A stretch of DNA of 64,000 nt from positions 6,016,001 through 6,080,000 of the forward strand of contig OZ001293.3 of the NCBI GenBank assembly GCA_963921275.4, written 5' to 3'. This document shows, piece after piece, positions 57,132 to 64,000 of this stretch. A program made the position numbers and the translations under genes. The notes under the pieces were generated by a model. It did not search any database and was not told where the DNA came from. It was given only the letters and a program-made list of their open reading frames with translations. Each line of letters opens with the position of its first letter. The first letter of the stretch is position 1. Origin of the DNA: an uncultured Hormoscilla sp. GTDB taxonomy: Bacteria > Cyanobacteriota > Cyanobacteriia > Cyanobacteriales > Desertifilaceae.

Positions 57132-58337
57132 CTATTCTGGCAACTGATACTGGGATACAATCCGCTGGGCATATTCTGGCACATGTGCTGCTAATTTCTC
57201 TGGGTGATGGCGCTTCACGTACAGATAATTGCGAGTGAAGTGGGAATCTATGGAGAAACGAGCATATTCTAAACCTTTTGGTCCAATTTTTTCAATTACC
57301 ACACCCATGAGTTTGGCGGCCCACATGGGGAGAGTAACGCCTTTGTCATAGGCGGGAATGCTTTGTTGCACTGCTTGATGCCTGTCTCCTTTGGACATCA
57401 CGGGCATAGTTTCCACTAGCTGATCTACTAAGTCTAGCATTTCTTGTCCCCGATCGTTCCGAACTAGAATCCACTGCCAACCAAAGGGTGCGCCCATGTA
57501 GCCTACGACTAAGTCTGCCAGAGAATTGACATAATCAAAGCAACTCATGCAGGAGGGGGCAAAGACATCTTTGAGTTCTTTGGTATTCAGTCCGAAAAAG
57601 GGTACTTTTTCTATGGAACCATCTGCATGTTTGAAATAAACTTGGAAATCCTGCATGAATTCATAATGTACTACGGTATCGGGCGATCGGCTGGTGGTGT
57701 CCAGGAATTTCTGCAACCCGGCGCGAGTAACGTTATCTACGCAGGGAGTGCCTAAAACGTAGAGTTTCTCTAATCCTAGCTGTTTCTCGACGGCCCGTAA
57801 TGCTTCGATCTGGCAACCGACGCCGATGACTAGCAGGCGCTGCATCCCGGATTTTTCCACTTCCTCTAATACGGAAAGGTTAGGAGAGAGGGTGGGTTTG
57901 TTCACCCGGGCGGCGAGAATTTCTTCAGGCGATCGGGCGATAATGGGCATGGGTTGAAAGCGGTCTTCTTTGGTGTTTTGCACGCAAACTACCCCTTCGA
58001 CTTTACCGCTAGTTAGCATTTCAATGGCAATAGCGCTGACAATACCCGTCCATTGTGCCCCTTCTATGGGTTCAGTTTTCCGCGCGGCCATCATGGTTTG
58101 ATGGACGCCGAAGTAGCAATCATCCTCGTTGTCTAGGTCGCGCGATCGCCCGTGGGTTTGGGTTTCCAGTTGGGGGATCTGCTGATTAAGAAAAGCACAG
58201 GCTTCTTTGACATAATGGATGTAGTATGTATCGCACAGCCCGCATTCGCTACAGAGTTCCTTGGCAGGGCGAGGGCTACCGGGTTTGAGGGCTTTGGCCT
58301 TTTTGTGCTTGGGGGTTTGTTGTATGGTTAAGGTCAT
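57132..58337 (-). CDS. bciB: Ferredoxin-dependent 8-vinyl reductase (FrhB family)
   Basis: RPAKELCSECGLCDT, GAQWTGIV, GVGCQ, GTPCVDN, SCMSCFDY. Confidence 0.88.
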   Translation of the reverse strand: MTLTIQQTPKHKKAKALKPGSPRPAKELCSECGLCDTYYIHYVKEACAFLNQQIPQLETQTHGRSRDLDNEDDCYFGVHQTMMAARKTEPIEGAQWTGIVSAIAIEMLTSGKVEGVVCVQNTKEDRFQPMPIIARSPEEILAARVNKPTLSPNLSVLEEVEKSGMQRLLVIGVGCQIEALRAVEKQLGLEKLYVLGTPCVDNVTRAGLQKFLDTTSRSPDTVVHYEFMQDFQVYFKHADGSIEKVPFFGLNTKELKDVFAPSCMSCFDYVNSLADLVVGYMGAPFGWQWILVRNDRGQEMLDLVDQLVETMPVMSKGDRHQAVQQSIPAYDKGVTLPMWAAKLMGVVIEKIGPKGLEYARFSIDSHFTRNYLYVKRHHPEKLAAHVPEYAQRIVSQYQLPE

Positions 58338-58433
58338 TCTTTCTGCTATACTGATATCTGCTTTCTCAACCATACCTTAGAAGCGATCGGGTGCATCTCA
58401 TATTTGCGTCGCCGCCCGAACCCTAAAGGGTCC

Positions 58434-59304
58434 GTGCGATTCGTTCTAGCCTAACGTGGTCAAACACGGAACGCTAGCCCGGTTTCATTAGCCGGGAACT
58501 CTGACCGCATGGGGGTTAAATTCCCCTCCCCCCAGGTACGGGGGTGACACCGGTCCTCGGTGCTACGAAGCGACATCATCGTGGTGCTAAGCGAGGACTC
58601 AAATGTAGGATAACTGGCAGCCTAAGCCGGTGACGCCGCTAGGAAAGATATCCAAGGTTAGAGCAGGCAAACATGTGCAAGCCTCGTTATAAGGAACCAG
58701 CGAAATAAGGCTATATGCGCTGGCCTAAAAAGGAAATGGTAGCTAGTATTAGTTTTAGACTCTGGCTAATATAGTACTCAAATAGCTCCCGGGGTATAGT
58801 GTGGACCTAAAGGTATCGCGAAATGTTGTTAGGGAACGAAGTAACCTCTCGTGTGCTGTCCATCAGGACAAGTTAGATGTTAAGCGCAAGCCACGGGGGG
58901 AGGGATGGCCCAAGAAGCGAATGCCCGGGGTAATTCCTGGGATAACATCTACAGTAATGTAGATGATGCTGGGTAGCCAGCGCTGACGTGGGTCGGTGAT
59001 ACTAGGAAGCTGCTGGAATGAGTAATCCTAAAAAGCCACGGAACTAATCCGAAACGCAAGTGGAGGATAAGGTATGGATAACTGGTAAAACTGACTTGAA
59101 AATGGTGATACTAACGGTTATCAGAACAACCACTCGCTAAACCAGGAAAGGGAAGAAAAGACAGGCGGCAAGGGCTAACGGAAGTAATTCCTATTAAGTC
59201 TACCTATGAAAAGGGCCTAGTACCCAGTAGCCGGATGCGGTGAAAATCGCAAGTCCGGTTCCTCAAGGGAGGGTCGGGAAGCGATTCCCGGCTCGACCCC
59301 ATCC
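58434..59304 (+). mobile_element. ORF-less group II intron, variant B, free-standing copy
   Basis: 871 nt, GTGCGATTCGTTCTAGCC...CTCGACCCCATCC; reverse complement of the twintron 2 copies. Confidence 0.93.
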
Positions 59305-60159
59305 GGCTACAGATTTCATACCCGCCTGCGAGAGATGTCTCCAGAGAGCTTGATATCCCCCGGACGCACTTCGATGCCTACCGTTCCGGAAAAATCGGGA
59401 TGCTACGCTGCGCGATCCCAAGTATTTCTTTTTTGAAAACGATATCTATCCAGCATTTGAGTAATAAAAACTCGACTACGGCGCGATCGCATTTCTCCCA
59501 AGTCTGAATATTCTTGATTTGTTCTGGGGGGACCGCCGATGCAGTCCTCCATAGCACGACAGCGGCAACCCTATGATAATACCGATCTACCCACAATTAT
59601 CATAGAAACAGAAGAGTCGTGCTCAGGCACGGAAGGTGCGCGTCAGAATTGAGATTTGATTGATCGCGAACCCGTGCATGGTCCGGCTACACATTCCATA
59701 CCCGCCGGCGCGGGCTTGATGACGGACACCGAAAGCTCTCCGGAGACATCGAAGCTATGCTCGACGTAAAAAAAGATGACCAAAATTACTCTACTAATTC
59801 AACTACTTTTGAGCCGCACCCATCACTTGACGGGACAAAATGTCGATGTCGTAAGGGCAATACGAGTAGTGCGCCCTTTAGACATCTCAGCCGACTCTGG
59901 GCTTTCTCCCTAAATGGCGTTGGCCTCCAAGGTCGCAGCCTACGCTCACACACCTTAACAATAGAAATATTTTATCCGGGAATAACTTCGGAACTCCAAA
60001 GAGTGACTAAGTCATTCCCTGGAAAAATTATTCATTTCTAGGAGTAACTGTTCATTTCCAGGAGTAACTGAATCATTCCACCAAGTACGAGAGTCATTCC
60101 GTGGCGTCACAACTTTTTGCTTTGACGTGAGACAAGATTACCAAAGGGCAGTTGAGTAA

Positions 60160-60260
60160 CTCCAAGGCCGGAGTAAGCACCTCCAAAGCCGGAGTAAGCA
60201 CCTCCAAGGCCGGAGTAAGCACCTCCAAGGCCAGAGTAAGCACTTCCAAGGCCGGAGTAA
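60160..60260. repeat. 21-bp tandem repeat x5
   Basis: CTCCAAGGCCGGAGTAAGCAC at 60160, 60181, 60202, 60223 and 60244; degenerate relatives at about 59995-60100. Confidence 0.88.
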
Positions 60261-60580
60261 AATCGGGGGGGTGTGGTCTTGCGCCCGTTGGTAAGTAGTT
60301 CGTAGTTCGACCTTGCGGGCTATATTACATGCATCATCGATGCACCCGGCTATCAACTATTTGTGACCGCACCCTTCTGAGGGCCCAAAACGTCACCGGT
60401 TACTACTTATCACCTGTGGCGAGCTTGCTGTTCCCAATGAGGAACCAAAAAATGAAGTATAATTCCCTCCCTAACAAAGCAGGAAATGCTACTACTGTAT
60501 AGGGGAGAGCTAAAAGCTTCCCTCAAGGTCGCCAGTGACCAACCCCGAAATCCAGTTCATCCTCATCATCAGGAGATATT

Positions 60581-63500
60581 ATGGCTGAATTTAACGTCGC
60601 ACCGTCAGCAGAACTATCCCAAGCCATTATCACTTCCAGTAATAACGGTGAGGCAGATACCATTAACATCACGGGAGATATTACCCTGACGGGGTTGCTA
60701 CCCCTTATTGAAGAAGACGTCGAACTCACGATAGATGGGAACAACAACACCATTAATGGCAACAACCAACACCGGCTGTTCTTTGTCAGAAGAGGTGTGG
60801 TCAAGTTCGATGACCTGACCTTTAGCAACGGCCAGGCCCAGGGAGGCAATGGCTGCGGCGGGGCGGCAGGCATGGGCGGTGCCCTGTTTGTCTTTGAGGG
60901 GACGGTCACGGTGACCGATAGCACTTTCCAGAATAATAGCGCCATTGGTGGCAATGGCGGCACGGGAGGTGTGGGTGGTAATGCTAATTTCGTCACTCCT
61001 ATTCCTGGTAATAATGGCAGTGACGGCAGCTTCGGCAGCAACGGCCGCAACGGCGGCTTCGGCAGATTAAGCGGCGGCGGCGGCGGCCCCGGCGGCTTCG
61101 GCGGCGGCGGCAGCCCCCGTGGCTCCGGCCTCCGTGGCTCCGGCGGGTCCGGCGGTTCCGGCGGCTTCGGCGGCGGCGGCGACGGCGGCCTCAGAGGCGG
61201 CTTCGGCGGCTCACCAATAGCAACCGGAACCGCCAGGGCATGCCCAACAGCCTGCCGACCGTGACCCTCACACAGGTAACCTTCTCGGGCAATAGCGCCG
61301 CTAATGGTATGGTAACGCCCACTCCAGCGTCCATCATGTCGGGCACAGTCCTGAACAATAACGATCTGTTCGGCAACCAAATCACCCGCAACTCCCGTCC
61401 TACAAACCTCGAACTCAGCAACAGCAGCATTGATGAAAACCCCGCAGTCAATAGCCTCGTAGGGACTTTCTCCACTACCGACCCCGACGTTTCCGATACC
61501 TTTACCTACCAGTTAGTCACAGGCGACGGTGCCGATGATAACGACGCCTTCACCATAGAAGGGAACTCACTGCTAACTAACAGTTCCTTGGACTTTGAGA
61601 CAAAATCGAGTTACAGCATCCGCGTCCAGACTACCGACTCTGCTGGGGCCAGTTACTCGGAGGCCTTGGCTATTGGCATCAACAATGTTGCCGAACCTCC
61701 TACCGACATCAACCTCAGCAGCAGCAGCATCGATGAAAACTCCACATTGGGTAGCGTTGTAGGGACTTTCTCCATTACCGACGACGATAATGAAGATACC
61801 TTTACCTACCAGTTAGTCACAGGCGACAGTGGCGATGATAACGACGCCTTCACCATAACAGGGAACTCACTGCTAACTAACAGTTCCTTAGACTTTGAGA
61901 CAAAATCGAGTTACAGCATCCGCGTCCAGACTACTGACTCTGCTGGGGCCAGTTACTCGGAGGCCTTGACTATTAACGTCAACAATATTATTGACGAGTC
62001 TCCTACCGACCTAGTTCTCAGCAACCGCAACATTGATGAAAACTCCGCATCGGGTAGTGTCGTAGGGACTTTCTCTACTACCGACCTCGACGTTTCCGAT
62101 AGCTTTACCTACCAGTTAGTCACAGGCCCTGGTCCCAATGATAACGACGCCTTCACGATAACAGGGAACTCACTGCGAATTAACAGTTCCCCTGACTTTG
62201 GACTTTGAGACCCAGTCGATTTACATCATCAAAGTCCAAACTACCGACTCTGCTAATAATGCTTTGGAGGAGGTCTTGATTATTGACGTGAACGATGTTG
62301 CCTCATCTCCGACGGACATCAATCTCAGCAGCAGCAGCATCGATGAAAACTCCCCATTGGGTGCAGTTGTGGGGACTTTCTCCACTAGCGACCCCGAGGA
62401 TGAAGATAGCTTTACCTATATGCTTGTCTCAGGCGTTGGTGATGATGATAATGACGCCTTCACCATAGTAGGGGACTCACTGCGAATTAACAGTTCTTTG
62501 GACTTTGAGACTCAGTCGAGTTACAGCATCCGCGTCCAGACTACCGATGCTACTGGGGCCAGTTATGAGGAGGCCTTGACTATTAGCGTCATTGATGTTG
62601 CCGAACCTCCGACGGACATCGACCTCAACAGCAGCATTGATTCTAACTCCCCATTGGGTGCAGTTGTGGGGACTTTCTCCACTAGCGACCCCGAGGATGG
62701 AGATAGCTTTACCTACATGTTTGTCTCAGGCGTTGGTGACGATGATAATGACGCCTTCACCATAGTAGGGGACTCACTGCGAATTAACAGTTCTTTGGAC
62801 TTTGAGACTCAGTCGAGTTACAGCCTCCGCGTCCAGACTACTGACTCTGCTAATAACGCTTTGGAGGAGGTCTTGACTATTAACGTCAACTCAGTTGCCT
62901 CCTCTCCTACCGACATAGTCCTTAGCAACAGCAGCATTGATTCTAACTCTCCATTGGGTGCAGTTGTGGGGACTTTCTCTACTACCGACCCCGACGTTTC
63001 CGATAGCTTTACCTATATGCTTGTCTCAGGCGTTGGTGATGATGATAATGACGCCTTCACCATAGTAGGGGACTCACTGCGAATTAACAGTTCTTTGAAC
63101 TTTGAGACCCAGTCGAGTTACAGCCTCCGCGTCCAGACTACCGACTCTGCTAATAACACTTTCTCGGAGGTCTTGACTATTAATGTCAACTCAGTTGCAG
63201 AAAACTCCTCTCCTACCGATATAGTTCTTAGCAGCAGCAGCATTGATTCTAACTCTCCATTGGGTGCAGTCGTGGGGACTTTCTCTACTACTGACCCCGA
63301 CGTTTCCGATAGCTTTACCTACATGCTTGTCTCCGGCAACAACGCCTTCACCATAGTAGGGAACCAACTGCTAACTAACAGTTCTTTGGACTTTGAGACT
63401 CAGGAGATTTACAGGATATTCGTCCAAACTACCGACTCTGCTAATAACACTTTCTCGGAGGTCTTGACTATTAATGTCAACTCAGTTGCAGAAAACTCCT

Positions 63501-64000
63501 CTCTTACCGATATAGTTCTTAGCAGCAGCAGCATTGATTCTAACTCTCCATTGGGTGCAGTTGTGGGGACTTTCTCTACTACCGACCCCGACGATGGAGA
63601 TAGCTTTACCTACATGCTTGTCTCCGGCAACAACGCCTTCACTATAGTAGGGGACTCACTGCTAACTAACAGTTCTTTGGACTTTGAGACTCAGTCGAGT
63701 TACAGCATCCGCGTTCAGACTACCGACTCTGCTAATAACACTTTCTCGGAGGTCTTGACTATTAATGTCAACTCAGTTGCAGAAAACTCCTCTCCTACCG
63801 ATATAGTTCTTAACAGCAGCAGCATTGATTCTAACTCTCCATTGGGTGCAGTTGTGGGGACTTTTTCCACTACCGACCCCGACGATGGAGATAGCTTTAC
63901 TTACCAGTTAGTCTCCGGCAACAACGCCTTCACCATAGTAGGGGACCAACTGCTAATTAACAGTTCGGAGGACTTTGAGACTCGATCGAGTTACAGCATC
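60581..64000 (+). pseudogene. Large Gly-rich, cadherin-repeat surface protein with two frameshifts; runs off right edge
   Basis: AGGAG RBS; GGAAGMGGALFV; about 9 units of about 100 aa (PTDI.LS.SSIDEN...VGTFSTTD.D..D.FTY.LV...LDFET...YSIRVQTTD); frame breaks near 61210 and at 62194-62207. Confidence 0.85.

Noticed and set aside
60160..60260. 21-bp repeats as a CRISPR array or iterons
   Set aside because: No spacers and no adjacent cas or rep gene; simple tandem repeat
60523..61380. Pro-rich 285-aa minus-strand ORF
   Set aside because: Antisense shadow of the Gly-rich (GGC) plus-strand gene

Overview
Cyanobacterial chromosomal DNA (chlG, psb35, petP, desC, bciB, abundant HIP1 GCGATCGC) in which housekeeping genes alternate with heavily pseudogenised accessory DNA. 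The dominant hidden structure is a swarm of nine group II intron elements covering about 9 kb: one RT/HNH-encoding intron, seven ORF-less introns in four sequence variants, and one RT remnant. They include two twintrons, one of them an intron inserted into a near-identical copy of itself, and both twintrons sit in one dead rsmB gene. Each ORF-less variant has a different predicted EBS1 loop that matches its own insertion sites, and exon rejoining shows they end in ACU, ACC or UCC rather than AY. One ORF-less intron splits an otherwise intact 127-aa gene missed by the ORF track. Other content: a dioxygenase/A-T-C NRPS/EamA island that replaced the middle of a cation:proton antiporter gene, a type III PKS beside a PPTase, a decayed GTPase/GAP1-like/vWA and vWA-FHA-PP2C-kinase region, duplicated STAS-like/PIN and MNT/HEPN toxin-antitoxin modules, many small mobile repeats, and a frameshifted cadherin-repeat adhesin running off the right end. 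All calls are by eye; no database searches were run.
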